NCBI GenBank assembly: GCA_965213625.1
Contig: CBDBZU010000004.1
Location: 2,528,001-2,592,000, forward strand
Direction of reading: 5' to 3'
Length of the DNA: 64,000 bases
Source of the DNA: a bacterium
GTDB lineage: Bacteria > UBA8248
The first letter of the stretch is position 1, and every line of letters starts with the position of its first letter. Both the position numbers and the translations under genes were made by a program. Below, in pieces: positions 22,145-31,888 of the stretch. The notes beneath the pieces are model-generated. The model did not search any database. It was not told the DNA's origin and was given only the letters and a program-made list of their open reading frames with translations.

Positions 22145-22555
22145 TTATCTCTTCCGAGCAGTGCATTCTCGAAAGTATTGTTCGATATATTTTTCTGGAG
22201 CCTGAAGGGTGCCCCAGATCGTTTTCTGAGAACGCAACTCAACAAGGACGCCTTTCGAGACATCTTTGAAGGCGAGACTATAGGAATAGTTGCCCGTGGC
22301 GCCGCCGAGCATAGCCTTGAAATCTGAAGATACAAACCATCGTTCACGCCGTTGATCGAAAATTCTACGAAATTCAAATTCCATGAGACCCCCATAGTTT
22401 TCTCTCAAAATGTCCTCCATGCAGGCAGAGAGCGGCTCCGCAGCAATTCCAGCGAGATCATAACGGCGGTCAGGAGCTATGCTTTTTATTTCGACATAAG
22501 AAGCGCAACCAGCCGTAATCAAAGCGACTAAAATTGCAAAGAACCTACAAAGCAT
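22145..22555 (-). CDS. Hypothetical lipoprotein
   Basis: GGAGG RBS before the ATG at 22555; hydrophobic signal ending in lipobox-like TAGC; lower GC than neighbouring genes. Confidence 0.65.
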   Translation of the reverse strand: MLCRFFAILVALITAGCASYVEIKSIAPDRRYDLAGIAAEPLSACMEDILRENYGGLMEFEFRRIFDQRRERWFVSSDFKAMLGGATGNYSYSLAFKDVSKGVLVELRSQKTIWGTLQAPEKYIEQYFRECTARKR

Positions 22556-22631
22556 TTCATTACCTCCAAGGGTCATCTGGAACGAGGAGTTGAACTAATA
22601 ACGTTGACTTTCGAGCATAATTATCCCCCCA

Positions 22632-23765
22632 TCACGCGATGCGCGTACCGAACTTCTCTATCGCTTCTTCAGAGAGCGTCAGCCCGAGGCCCGGCGCATC
22701 GTTCAGATAGAGCGTCCCGTTCTCGATGCGGGGCGGGTTCTCGAACAATTCGGCCTGCAGCGGGTCGCGCTCGGGGTCCGTGAACGACTCCACGATGCAG
22801 CCAGCCGGCGAGGCCGCCACGATGTGGGCGTGGATGAAACAGTCGTGGTGCGGAGCGATTTCCACGTGGTTGAGTTCCGCGAGGGCCGCGAGTTTTCTCC
22901 CCATGGTGAATCCGCCCATGCGCGTGCAGTCGAACTGCACGATGTCTATCGCCTGCTCCTCGAGCAGCGCGCGCACGCCGTGCCCCGTCTGTTCGCTCTC
23001 CCCGGCGGAGAGGGGGATGTCCGTCTTCCGAGCGAGAATCTTGAGTTCCCGCCTGTCGTCGAACCAGCGCACGGGCTCCTCGAGCCAGCGGGGGCGGATC
23101 TCCTGGAGCAGACGCGCGCCCTCGATGGCGGTGGGCAGATCCCAGGCGCTGTTCACGTCGAGCATGAGCTCGGCCTCATCGCCGATCACATCGCGGATCA
23201 CCCGCAGGCGCGCCATGTCTTCCTCCAGTGAGGCGCCGCCGATTTTCGCCTTGAACGCCTTGTGTCCCTGCTCGTGGAGCATTTCCATTTCTTCGCGCAA
23301 CTCGACTAAATCTTTCCCGTCGCGGTAATAGGCGCAGGTGACGTAGCAGGGCACGTCTTCCCGATATCCGCCGAAGAGGCGAAACAGGGGCTGCCCCGAG
23401 GCCTTTCCGAGAATATCCCACATGGCGAGGTCGAGGGCCGCGCTGGTGATGAGCATCCCGTTCCGCGACCATTCCTTCACAAAGGCGAGCTTTTGATGGG
23501 TGATGGAGAAAATCTTCTCGTACAGCCTCTCGGGGGCCAGCGCGTCCTCCCCTACGATGAGTTCCTTGAGACCTTCGTTGAACATCTCGGCCGCGCCCTT
23601 GATGAGGAGACGGCTGCTGCCGAGGCCGAAACCCTCGATCCCCTCGTCGGTTTTGAGCCGAATCAGCAACTCGTTCGCCTGGTGGACGGGGTAATGGCTG
23701 ACCCAGTGGCCGCGCTCCTCGGGCGGGCCGGTGAGCATATATGCTTCCACGTCTGTAATCTTCAT
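22632..23765 (-). CDS. Mandelate racemase / muconate lactonizing enzyme family protein
   Basis: MKITDVE start, DLAMWDILGK, KAKIG, LMLDVN, WLEEP, AGES and IAPH motifs. Confidence 0.92.
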   Translation of the reverse strand: MKITDVEAYMLTGPPEERGHWVSHYPVHQANELLIRLKTDEGIEGFGLGSSRLLIKGAAEMFNEGLKELIVGEDALAPERLYEKIFSITHQKLAFVKEWSRNGMLITSAALDLAMWDILGKASGQPLFRLFGGYREDVPCYVTCAYYRDGKDLVELREEMEMLHEQGHKAFKAKIGGASLEEDMARLRVIRDVIGDEAELMLDVNSAWDLPTAIEGARLLQEIRPRWLEEPVRWFDDRRELKILARKTDIPLSAGESEQTGHGVRALLEEQAIDIVQFDCTRMGGFTMGRKLAALAELNHVEIAPHHDCFIHAHIVAASPAGCIVESFTDPERDPLQAELFENPPRIENGTLYLNDAPGLGLTLSEEAIEKFGTRIA

Positions 23766-23913
23766 GCTTTTCCTCATGAGTTCGTATGAAATGTCGGATG
23801 GCGTCCGTAAAGCCGGGCTAGTTTGCCAGAGCTTCGGGGCGTTCACAATCGCCGGGCCTTGGGGTAGGATAGCGCGGTTTTTGGGGCGTTAATCTTGATC
23901 GAGGTGTTGCGAA

Positions 23914-24753
23914 ATGAACGATTCGCCGAGAGTGAGCTATCTGGGGCCGGAGGCCACCTTTACGCACGAAGCCGCCATTTTGCGCTTTGGCGAGGGGGCT
24001 GCTCTCTCGCCCGCCCAGAGCATCGACGCCGTGTTCGATGAGGTGGAAGGCCGTCGCTCCCGGTGGGGCGTTGTTCCGATCGAAAACGCGATCGAGGGCA
24101 CGGTCAACATCACGCTGGACAGGCTTTTGGAATCCCCGCTGTTGGTGGAGTGTGAAATCACGCTGCCCATCGACATCCACTTGCTCACGAACGCAGACTC
24201 CATTGCGGAGGTGGACTGCATTCTCAGCCACCCCCATGCGGTGGCCCAGTGCCGGCGTTGGCTTCGTGAGAACGCCTCGGGCGTCAAAATCGAAGAAGTA
24301 TGGAGCACCTCACTGGCGGCGAAGATGGCCGCCGAAGATCCCGGGCGCGCGGCCCTGGGCAGCCGATTTGCTGCCGAGCATTATGGTCTGAAGATCATTG
24401 AGGAAAAGCTCGATTCCGAGATCATCAACGTGACGCGCTTTTTCGTCATCGGGACCGAGAAACCCGAACGCGGGACGTATTCCAAAACGAGCCTGTTCTT
24501 CGGCCTGCCGAACGAATCGGGCGCGCTTCATAAGGCGCTGGCACCCATCGCCGAGCGCGAACTCAACATGACGAAACTCGAATCCCGGCCATCGCGAAGA
24601 GCGGCGTGGGAGTACGTTTTCTACATGGAAATCGATGGTTTTGCGGAAGATGAGGCGATATCGCAGGGTATTTCGGAACTGAGAAATCTGGTGGAATTTA
24701 TTCGCGTACTGGGTTCGTATCCTGTGCTGAGGCAAGAGCGCGAAGAAAATTGA
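23914..24753 (+). CDS. pheA: Prephenate dehydratase (PDT-ACT; no chorismate mutase domain)
   Basis: YLGPEATF, VVPIEN, NVTRF and LESRP motifs. Confidence 0.93.
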   Translation: MNDSPRVSYLGPEATFTHEAAILRFGEGAALSPAQSIDAVFDEVEGRRSRWGVVPIENAIEGTVNITLDRLLESPLLVECEITLPIDIHLLTNADSIAEVDCILSHPHAVAQCRRWLRENASGVKIEEVWSTSLAAKMAAEDPGRAALGSRFAAEHYGLKIIEEKLDSEIINVTRFFVIGTEKPERGTYSKTSLFFGLPNESGALHKALAPIAERELNMTKLESRPSRRAAWEYVFYMEIDGFAEDEAISQGISELRNLVEFIRVLGSYPVLRQEREEN

Positions 24754-24819
24754 TGTTTTGAGATGCGGATGGATTTTTCGCCGCAGACGTCTGGCGCCGT
24801 TGGTGTGTGAGGAGAGGGA

Positions 24820-25908
24820 ATGAGATTTCAAAGGGCGCGTCCCGTTTCGGACATCATCGTCTACCAGCCGGGAAAGCCGGTGGAAGAACTCGAGCGCGAA
24901 CTCGGCATCGCCGATTCCATCAAGGTGGCCTCGAACGAAAACCCTCTGGGGCCGTCACCCAGGGCCGTGGAAGCGGTGAACGGTGCCATAGAGGAATTGC
25001 ACCGCTATCCCGACGGCGGGGGTTTCTATCTCAAAAACGCGCTGGCTGAACATCATGGGCTGGCGCCGGGGAATTTGGTTCTCGGCAATGGTACGAACGA
25101 GGTTCTGGAGATTCTGGCGCATGCGTATCTGGACCCTGGAGACCCCGTGGTTTTCTCAGAGGGGGCCTTCATCGTCTACCACATCGTCTCGCAGCTCTGC
25201 TCGTGTGAGATAAGGCGCGCGCCGATGCGCGATTATCACCAGGACTTGGGCGCCTTGGCGGATCTGGTCTGCGAAAAGACGAAAATCGTCTTCCTCGCGA
25301 ATCCCAACAACCCCACGGGTACGGCGGTGGGGGAGGGGAAACTCAGAGAGTTTCTCCAAAAAATCCCGCAGACCACCCTCGTCGTCATGGACGAGGCCTA
25401 TTGCCATTACGCGCATCTGGAGGATTACCCCGACGCCGCGCGTATGCTGGACGAATTCCCGAACCTCGTCGCCATGCGCACCTTCTCCAAGGTCTATGGC
25501 CTGGCCGGGCTGCGCGTCGGCTACGGCGTGGCGGATGAGGAAGTCGCCCAGGCGATGGAAAGCGTCCGCGAGCCGTTCAACGTGAATTCCCTGGCTCTCG
25601 TGGCCGCGCAGGCCGCATTGGGCGACACCGGGCACGTCGAAAGGTCGGTCGCGGTGAACGCCGAGGGCCGGGAGTATTTCGTGTACGAGCTGTCGGCTAT
25701 GGGCCTTCCTTTCGTTCCCACGCAGGGGAATTTCATGATGGTCGAGGTGGGCGAAGCGATGCAGGTGTATGAAGCCCTACTCAGGGAGGGCGTCATCGTC
25801 AGGCCCGTGGCGGGATACGGTTTCCCGCGCCACCTGCGGGTTTCCATCGGTACGCCGGAGGAGAACGAAGAGGTGATAAAGGGGATGTATAAAGTGATGA
25901 ATATATAG
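24820..25908 (+). CDS. hisC: Histidinol-phosphate / aromatic aminotransferase
   Basis: YQPGKP, ASNENPLG, NPNNPTG and RTFSKVYGLAGLRVGY motifs. Confidence 0.94.
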   Translation: MRFQRARPVSDIIVYQPGKPVEELERELGIADSIKVASNENPLGPSPRAVEAVNGAIEELHRYPDGGGFYLKNALAEHHGLAPGNLVLGNGTNEVLEILAHAYLDPGDPVVFSEGAFIVYHIVSQLCSCEIRRAPMRDYHQDLGALADLVCEKTKIVFLANPNNPTGTAVGEGKLREFLQKIPQTTLVVMDEAYCHYAHLEDYPDAARMLDEFPNLVAMRTFSKVYGLAGLRVGYGVADEEVAQAMESVREPFNVNSLALVAAQAALGDTGHVERSVAVNAEGREYFVYELSAMGLPFVPTQGNFMMVEVGEAMQVYEALLREGVIVRPVAGYGFPRHLRVSIGTPEENEEVIKGMYKVMNI

Positions 25909-25965
25909 TCATAACAAGTAGATACAAATATAATCTAATGTAATTTATAGAATAATGAAAAGGGT

Positions 25966-26832
25966 ATGAAAGTGCTTTTCGAGCAGATGACCATCATCGG
26001 CGTGGGACTCATCGGCGGCTCGCTGGCCCGCGCCGCCAGAGAGAGGGGTCTCGTTTCGAGATTCGTCGGCGCCGGCCGCAGTCTGGGCAATCTCGAACGC
26101 GCACTCGAACTGGGCGTCGTGGATCGCTTCGAGACGGACCATCTGGAGGCGGTGCGCGATTCGGACCTCGTCGTGGTTTGCACCCCGGTGCGCTCGGCCG
26201 TACGGGTGACGGAGACGATTCTGCCCGAAATGGCTCCCGGGGCCCTGCTCACCGATGTGGGCAGCGTAAAGGCGCCCTACGTGCGTGCGGTGGAGGCGAT
26301 GGATTTGGGAGACGTGAAATTCCTGGCGAGCCATCCCGTCGCCGGCGGCGAGAAAACAGGCGTTGAGGCGAGTTTTTCCACTCTCTTCGAAGCGCACCAG
26401 ACCATCCTGACGCCGACGGAGAGAACCCATCCTGAATCCATCGAACGCCTGCGGGCGCTTTGGGAGGGAGTGGGCGCGAACGTCGAGATTCTCGACCCCG
26501 AGGCACATGATCGCGTGATGGCCGACATCAGCCATCTCCCGCATCTTGTGGCCTACGCCATGATGAATACCGCTCTTGAGGGCGGGGCGCTCCGGAATGC
26601 GTCGAGCGGGTTTCGGGATTTTTCACGAATCGCGTCCTCAGGAGCGGAAATGTGGCGCGAAATCTGCGAAGACAACCAGGAGGCGCTTCTGGGCGCGCTG
26701 GACAGGTTCGAGAATGAGCTGGCGGATCTTCGGAGATTGCTGGAAGAGGCGGATTCCGAGGGGCTCGAGAGCGCGTTTTCGAGAGCCAAAGACGGCCGGG
26801 ACGAATGGGCGCGGAAAAAGGGTTGGGCTTGA
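25966..26832 (+). CDS. tyrA: Prephenate/arogenate dehydrogenase
   Basis: GVGLIGGS, TDVGSVK, HPVAG, SHLPHL and GFRDFSRIA motifs. Confidence 0.93.
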   Translation: MKVLFEQMTIIGVGLIGGSLARAARERGLVSRFVGAGRSLGNLERALELGVVDRFETDHLEAVRDSDLVVVCTPVRSAVRVTETILPEMAPGALLTDVGSVKAPYVRAVEAMDLGDVKFLASHPVAGGEKTGVEASFSTLFEAHQTILTPTERTHPESIERLRALWEGVGANVEILDPEAHDRVMADISHLPHLVAYAMMNTALEGGALRNASSGFRDFSRIASSGAEMWREICEDNQEALLGALDRFENELADLRRLLEEADSEGLESAFSRAKDGRDEWARKKGWA

Positions 26833-27542
26833 GAGAGAAATCGAGCCGAAAATCGGCCGGCATCGTCATACCCATCGATGGCCCGGCAGGTTCGGGCAAG
26901 AGTACGGCGGCCAAAGGGATCGCGGAGAGGCTGGGTTTCGACTACCTCGAGAGCGGCGCTCTCTACCGGGCTGTGGGTTACCGGGTTTTGAAGGAAAATC
27001 GAGAGGGTGATTTTGAGAGTCGGGCGGTCGACTCCGCGCGTGATTTGCGCTTCGAGTGTCGCAGGGATGGGAGTGGCTGGAGGAACATTCTGGACGGGGA
27101 AGACGTTACGGATGCGCTCCGGGCCGAAGAGATAAGCGATATGGCGTCGCGCGTGTCGGCGATACCAGGTGTACGGGCGGCGCTGCTCGATTTTCAAAGG
27201 AATTTCGGACGGGATCGAGGGGCCGTTATTGATGGCCGAGACATAGGCACGGTCGTTTTCCCGGAAGCCGGACTCAAATTTTTTCTCGATGCGGACATCG
27301 AAGTGCGAATCCAGCGGCGCTTCGCCGAACTCGAGGTGAGGGGAGTCTCCTTTCACCCCGATCGACTGCGTGAAGATTTGATGCGCAGGGACGAGAGGGA
27401 TCGTCACAGAGCCAGCGCGCCGCTGCGCAAGGCCGATGACGCAGAGGAGATACGAACGAGCGATATGGGCATTGACCGGGTGCTGGAGGTCATGTTAGAG
27501 AAAATCCGCATGGTTTACGGGGAAGCCATTGAGGATGCTTGA
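26829..27542 (+). CDS. cmk: Cytidylate kinase
   Basis: IDGPAGSGKST, GALYRA and DGRDIGTVVFP motifs; TTG start overlapping the tyrA stop is inferred. Confidence 0.95.
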   Translation: MREKSSRKSAGIVIPIDGPAGSGKSTAAKGIAERLGFDYLESGALYRAVGYRVLKENREGDFESRAVDSARDLRFECRRDGSGWRNILDGEDVTDALRAEEISDMASRVSAIPGVRAALLDFQRNFGRDRGAVIDGRDIGTVVFPEAGLKFFLDADIEVRIQRRFAELEVRGVSFHPDRLREDLMRRDERDRHRASAPLRKADDAEEIRTSDMGIDRVLEVMLEKIRMVYGEAIEDA

Positions 27543-27550
27543 GTTATTGG

Positions 27551-27579
27551 TTGATTCTCTCCTTTCTCGCGTGTAATAT
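27551..27579 (+). promoter_or_regulatory. Putative sigma70 promoter of rpsA
   Basis: TTGATT-17 bp-TAATAT. Confidence 0.5.
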
Positions 27580-27677
27580 TATTATTTCGCCAATTTCATG
27601 CCGATGACTGCGATAGCGGTGGGCGCTTGAGCGGTGGCGGCAATTTTCTTTTTCTCAAAACGGGGTAACGCAATCAG

Positions 27678-29588
27678 ATGACGGAAACTTCCTCTAACGA
27701 AACAGAGGCTCTTCCCACCTTCTCATCGAAGGTGGCCGAATTACTACCCGACGAAGTAGATCCAGACTCCCTTTCCGCAGAACAGATGGATGACTTATAC
27801 GCCTCCACGATGCAAGTGAAGGATGGCGAAATCATCGAAGGAACAGTTGTGGGGATGGAAGGCGAATATGTTCTCGTGGATGTAGGTTATAAATCTGAGG
27901 GTTTTGTGCCCCGCTTCGAATTCCCGAGCCGCGGTCGTGATCTGAAGCCTGGCGACAGGGTGGAAGTATTCGTCGAAGAGCGTGAGGACGAAGATGGCCT
28001 CATCGTGCTCTCGAAGGAAAAAGCGAACCGTATCAAGATTTGGGACGAGATTAGCAAGGCCCATGACAACGACGAGATTATCCAGGGCGAGGTCGTCGCC
28101 CGCATCAAGGGTGGTCTTACGGTCGACATCGGTCTCAAGGCCTTCCTGCCGGGTTCCCAGGTCGATCTGAGGCCGGTGAGAAACTTAGATCAGTTTATCG
28201 GCAAATCCTTTGACATGAAGATCATCAAGCTCAACAGGAAGCGCGGGAACATCGTTCTCTCCAGGCGCGTGCTCTTAGAGGATGAAAGAGCGGAACTCAA
28301 GCGCGAGACGCTTGCGAACCTCACCGAAGGCATGGAGAAGGTGGGCGTCGTCAAGAACATCACCGACTACGGCGCGTTCATCGACCTCGGCGGAATCGAC
28401 GGTCTGCTCCACATCACGGATATGTCGTGGGGGCGGGTGAGCCACCCGAGCGAGCTTCTCTCCATCGGGGACAGCGTCAAGGTCATCGTGCTCAAATACG
28501 ACAAGGAGCGCGAGCGCGTCTCCCTGGGCCACAAGCAGATCACGCCGGACCCCTGGGAGCACGTGGAAATCAAATACCCCATGACCGGCAAGGTTCGCGG
28601 ACGCGTCGTCTCCATCACCGATTACGGCGCTTTCGTCGAACTCGAACAGGGCGTCGAAGGTCTGGTGCACGTGTCGGAGATGTCCTGGACGAGGCGCGTT
28701 CGCCATCCCTCGAAATTCGTCGCGGTGGGCGATATCGTGGAAGCCGTCGTTTTGAACCTCGACAAGGAAGGCCGCAGGATTTCGCTGGGCATGAAGCAGG
28801 TCGAGGCCAACCCGTGGACCACGGTGGAGGAGAAATACCCCGTGGGCATGCGCGTAACGGGCAGCATCCGGAATTTGACGGAATTCGGCGCATTCGTCGC
28901 CTTGGACGAGGGCATCGACGGCCTCATCCACATTTCGGACATTTCCTGGACCCAGCGATTCAAGCACCCCTCTGAAATCCTGCGTAAGGGCCAGGAAATC
29001 GAGGCGGTCGTTCTGAGCGTGGACGTCGAAAAGGAGCGTCTCTCCCTCGGCATGAAACAAATCACACCGGATCCCTGGGACGACATCAACGACCGCTATG
29101 AGGTAGATGACGATATCGAGGCGAAAATCACGAAAATTACGAACTTCGGTGTTTTCGCCGCTCCCGAGGAAGACTTGGAGGGGCTGGTCCATATCTCCGA
29201 ACTCGATTCGGACAAGGTGAAAGAACCACAGGACGTGGTGCATGTGGGCGACGTGTTCAAAATGCGCGTCATCAAGATCGATCGGGAGCAAAGAAGGCTG
29301 GGCTTGAGCATCCGCGCATATGTGGAGTCCACTGGTGAGGACCCGGTGATAAGCCGGGCGCCCCAGCCTGTGGAACCGCCTGAAGGGGAAAGTGTTTCCT
29401 CCACCGAAGAAGTGGGGGAAGTAGAGGCTGCGCCTGAAGCGGAGGCCGATGCGGAGGAGACGCCTGAAGCGGAAGTCGTTGCGGAGGCTGATCCCGAAGT
29501 TGCGGAAGCGGAGGCTGATGTGGAGGAGACGCCCGAAGTAGAAACCGTAGCGGAGGCCTCTTCCGAGGTGGATGAGCAAGCGGGATAA
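27678..29588 (+). CDS. rpsA: 30S ribosomal protein S1 with a long acidic C-terminal tail
   Basis: Six S1 repeats (DVGYKSEG, AFLPGSQVD, DGLLHITDMSW, EGLVHVSEMSW and others). Confidence 0.98.
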   Translation: MTETSSNETEALPTFSSKVAELLPDEVDPDSLSAEQMDDLYASTMQVKDGEIIEGTVVGMEGEYVLVDVGYKSEGFVPRFEFPSRGRDLKPGDRVEVFVEEREDEDGLIVLSKEKANRIKIWDEISKAHDNDEIIQGEVVARIKGGLTVDIGLKAFLPGSQVDLRPVRNLDQFIGKSFDMKIIKLNRKRGNIVLSRRVLLEDERAELKRETLANLTEGMEKVGVVKNITDYGAFIDLGGIDGLLHITDMSWGRVSHPSELLSIGDSVKVIVLKYDKERERVSLGHKQITPDPWEHVEIKYPMTGKVRGRVVSITDYGAFVELEQGVEGLVHVSEMSWTRRVRHPSKFVAVGDIVEAVVLNLDKEGRRISLGMKQVEANPWTTVEEKYPVGMRVTGSIRNLTEFGAFVALDEGIDGLIHISDISWTQRFKHPSEILRKGQEIEAVVLSVDVEKERLSLGMKQITPDPWDDINDRYEVDDDIEAKITKITNFGVFAAPEEDLEGLVHISELDSDKVKEPQDVVHVGDVFKMRVIKIDREQRRLGLSIRAYVESTGEDPVISRAPQPVEPPEGESVSSTEEVGEVEAAPEAEADAEETPEAEVVAEADPEVAEAEADVEETPEVETVAEASSEVDEQAG

Positions 29589-29593
29589 TTGAG

Positions 29594-29614
29594 TGGATGG
29601 CGATAAGCCATCCA
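29594..29614 (+). terminator. Hairpin just after the rpsA stop
   Basis: TGGATGGC-GATAA-GCCATCCA; weak U-tract, so it may be a stabilising hairpin rather than a terminator. Confidence 0.4.
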
Positions 29615-29833
29615 GTGTATTTGTGGAAAATAGATCAGAGAGACTTCTCGCCGCTTGAGGGGGGCCTCGTTCTTTAACTGGCCGATTTACCGATCGTGCA
29701 ACATTGCACGGGTGGTTCGCCATGTGTGATTCGGTGACCACACCGGGTGGATAGCCGAATCCATAGGGCGGAAGCGTGGGTTTACCGATACGCGGACGTA
29801 TCCATCGCGCTCCCAGGGAGGATGATAATTCTC

Positions 29834-30193
29834 ATGACTAAGGCCGAGTTGGTTGAGCAGATAGCTGAGAAGATCAATCTCACGAAAAAAGACACCGAGC
29901 GCGTTGTGAACATCGTTTTCGGAAGCATCATGGGCGCTTTGGCGGATGGCGATAAGGTGGAGTTGCGTGGATTCGGGAGTTTTCGCGTGCGTTCGAGAAA
30001 CAGCCGCGACGGCCGGAACCCGAGAACGGGTGAAGCGGTGGCGATTCCGCCCAAGAATGTGCCGTTCTTCAAGGCAGGGAAAGAATTGAGGCAAATGGTC
30101 GATGACTTCGGGTTGTCTCCTTCAGGGGATGGCGGAGGAGAGCCCGAGTCCTCTGATAATGGCGCATCGGCTGAGGATGATTCTCTCTTCTGA
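29834..30193 (+). CDS. ihfB: Integration host factor beta / HU-family DNA-binding protein
   Basis: MTKAELV, VELRGFGSF, GRNPRTGE and PFFKAGKELR motifs; located downstream of rpsA. Confidence 0.88.
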   Translation: MTKAELVEQIAEKINLTKKDTERVVNIVFGSIMGALADGDKVELRGFGSFRVRSRNSRDGRNPRTGEAVAIPPKNVPFFKAGKELRQMVDDFGLSPSGDGGGEPESSDNGASAEDDSLF

Positions 30194-30253
30194 ACAAGCG
30201 GTTTTCAGACAGCACGTCCCCGGGACTCTCCCGCCCAATCGGAACTTTTTCTC

Positions 30254-30781
30254 ATGAATGAGAAGCGCGTCGGCCGCGGATGCGTGATACTTCGCCAGGG
30301 TGATATCACCGAATCAGATGTGGACGCCGTTGTGAACGCGGCCAACAACCATCTCTGGATGGGCGCAGGCGTCGCGGGCGCGATTAAGAGAAAAGGCGGG
30401 GAGGTCATAGAAGCCGAAGCCGTGTCCAAAGGGCCGATTCGAATCGGGGGCGCCGTTATCACGGGCGCCGGGGAACTCCCCGCCCGACACGTGATTCACG
30501 CGGCGGGCATGGGGACGGACCTGCGCACATCGCCCGAAATCGTGGAAGACTGCACCCGAGCGAGCCTCGAAGCGGCCGAGGAGAATTCGCTGAGCAGCAT
30601 CGCGTTTCCCGCTATCGGCACGGGTGTCGGGGGCTTGGATGTGAAGACGGTCTCCTCCGGTATGCTCAAGGTCTGCATGGCGCACTTGCAGGCGCCGAAG
30701 GGCACGCTTACCCGAATAGAGTTCGTGCTGTTCTCGGATGCCGACTTGGCTGCGTTTCAGGATGCGCTCGAAGCGTTTTAA
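30254..30781 (+). CDS. Macro domain protein (YmdB-like ADP-ribose hydrolase)
   Basis: QGDIT, VNAAN, GVAGAI, VIHA and FPAIGTGVGG motifs. Confidence 0.93.
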   Translation: MNEKRVGRGCVILRQGDITESDVDAVVNAANNHLWMGAGVAGAIKRKGGEVIEAEAVSKGPIRIGGAVITGAGELPARHVIHAAGMGTDLRTSPEIVEDCTRASLEAAEENSLSSIAFPAIGTGVGGLDVKTVSSGMLKVCMAHLQAPKGTLTRIEFVLFSDADLAAFQDALEAF

Positions 30782-30898
30782 TCTTCAAGCGATGCAACCC
30801 TTGTGCCGCTCTCATGCCCGGCCGGAAAATGAGATGGTTCCGAGGCGATATTTAACTCTTGGTGAGACGAACCCCCTCCGCTTGTTGCTTCCAAACCC

Positions 30899-31888
30899 AT
30901 GAGTAGCAATAAATCGGGAAATCCACACCCCATCATCCTCGTTGTAGGAACCACTTGTTCGGGCAAAACGGCTTTTGGCGTAGCGCTGGCCAGGCGCTTC
31001 CGGGAAGAGGGAGTGTCCCTGGAGATAGTCGGGGCCGACGCCAGACAGATTTATCGGGGCATCGGCGTAGGCACCGCTAAACCCGGTCTGGATGTGCGCG
31101 GCGGCGTGCCGCATCATATGTTGGATGTCGCGGAACTGGGGGACACTTTTAGCGCAGCGCGTTATGCGGATGAAGCGAATCTTTGCATTGAGGACATTTA
31201 TCGCGCAGGCGCATATCCGCTCGTGGTGGGAGGGAGCGGTTTGTATATCCGCGCTTTGGTGGAGGGGTTTTTCGAGGGCCCAGAAGCGCAGCCCGAAATC
31301 AGGGAACGATTGGAAGCGGAGGCTTCAAGGAGAGGCCTTGCGGCCATGCACGAGCGCCTCTTGGCCGTCGACCCGGAAACGGCGGCGAAACTCCACCCCA
31401 ACGACCTGCGCCGGGTGGTTCGCGCCCTGGAGGTGTATGAGGCGACGGGCCGGCCGGTTTCACGGTTGCGCGCCGAGCAAAAAGCGCCCAGGTTCGCATC
31501 TCCGTTGTATATCGGTCTCAGGTATCCGGTATCCATCCTTGCAGAGCGGATCGAGCGCAGGGTGCGGCGGATGCTCTCGGACGGAATGCTGGAGGAGGTG
31601 GCGATGCTGGCAGAGATGAATCTCACCGACGCACGGGTTTTCGAGGGTCTAGGATTCCAGGAAGCCCTCGCGTTGCGCAGGGGAAAGATGACTGAGGATT
31701 ATGCGGTTCGGGAGATATCCCGGCTGCACCGCAACTATGCGAAAAGGCAGCGCACCTGGTTCCGCAGGCTCGAGGGCGTGAACTGGTATGATCCCGGCGA
31801 GGAGAATCTTGAGGTTTTATTACGAGATGCCCATGATAAGGTATCCCGATATCTGGAACTGGAGTCTCGGATGGAGGGTTCCTCTTGA
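30899..31888 (+). CDS. miaA: tRNA dimethylallyltransferase
   Basis: P-loop GTTCSGKT, QIYRG..GTAKP, VGGSGLY and YAKRQRTWFR motifs. Confidence 0.95.
   Translation: MSSNKSGNPHPIILVVGTTCSGKTAFGVALARRFREEGVSLEIVGADARQIYRGIGVGTAKPGLDVRGGVPHHMLDVAELGDTFSAARYADEANLCIEDIYRAGAYPLVVGGSGLYIRALVEGFFEGPEAQPEIRERLEAEASRRGLAAMHERLLAVDPETAAKLHPNDLRRVVRALEVYEATGRPVSRLRAEQKAPRFASPLYIGLRYPVSILAERIERRVRRMLSDGMLEEVAMLAEMNLTDARVFEGLGFQEALALRRGKMTEDYAVREISRLHRNYAKRQRTWFRRLEGVNWYDPGEENLEVLLRDAHDKVSRYLELESRMEGSS

Noticed and set aside
29640-29825. 6S RNA
   Set aside because: No long closing stem with a central bubble could be identified, and the context is not typical; kept only as an unassigned structured region.
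30899-31060. MiaA motif variants (GTTCSGKT, DARQ) as signs of inactivation
   Set aside because: The P-loop Lys/Thr and the conserved Asp are retained, so this is plausible ordinary divergence.
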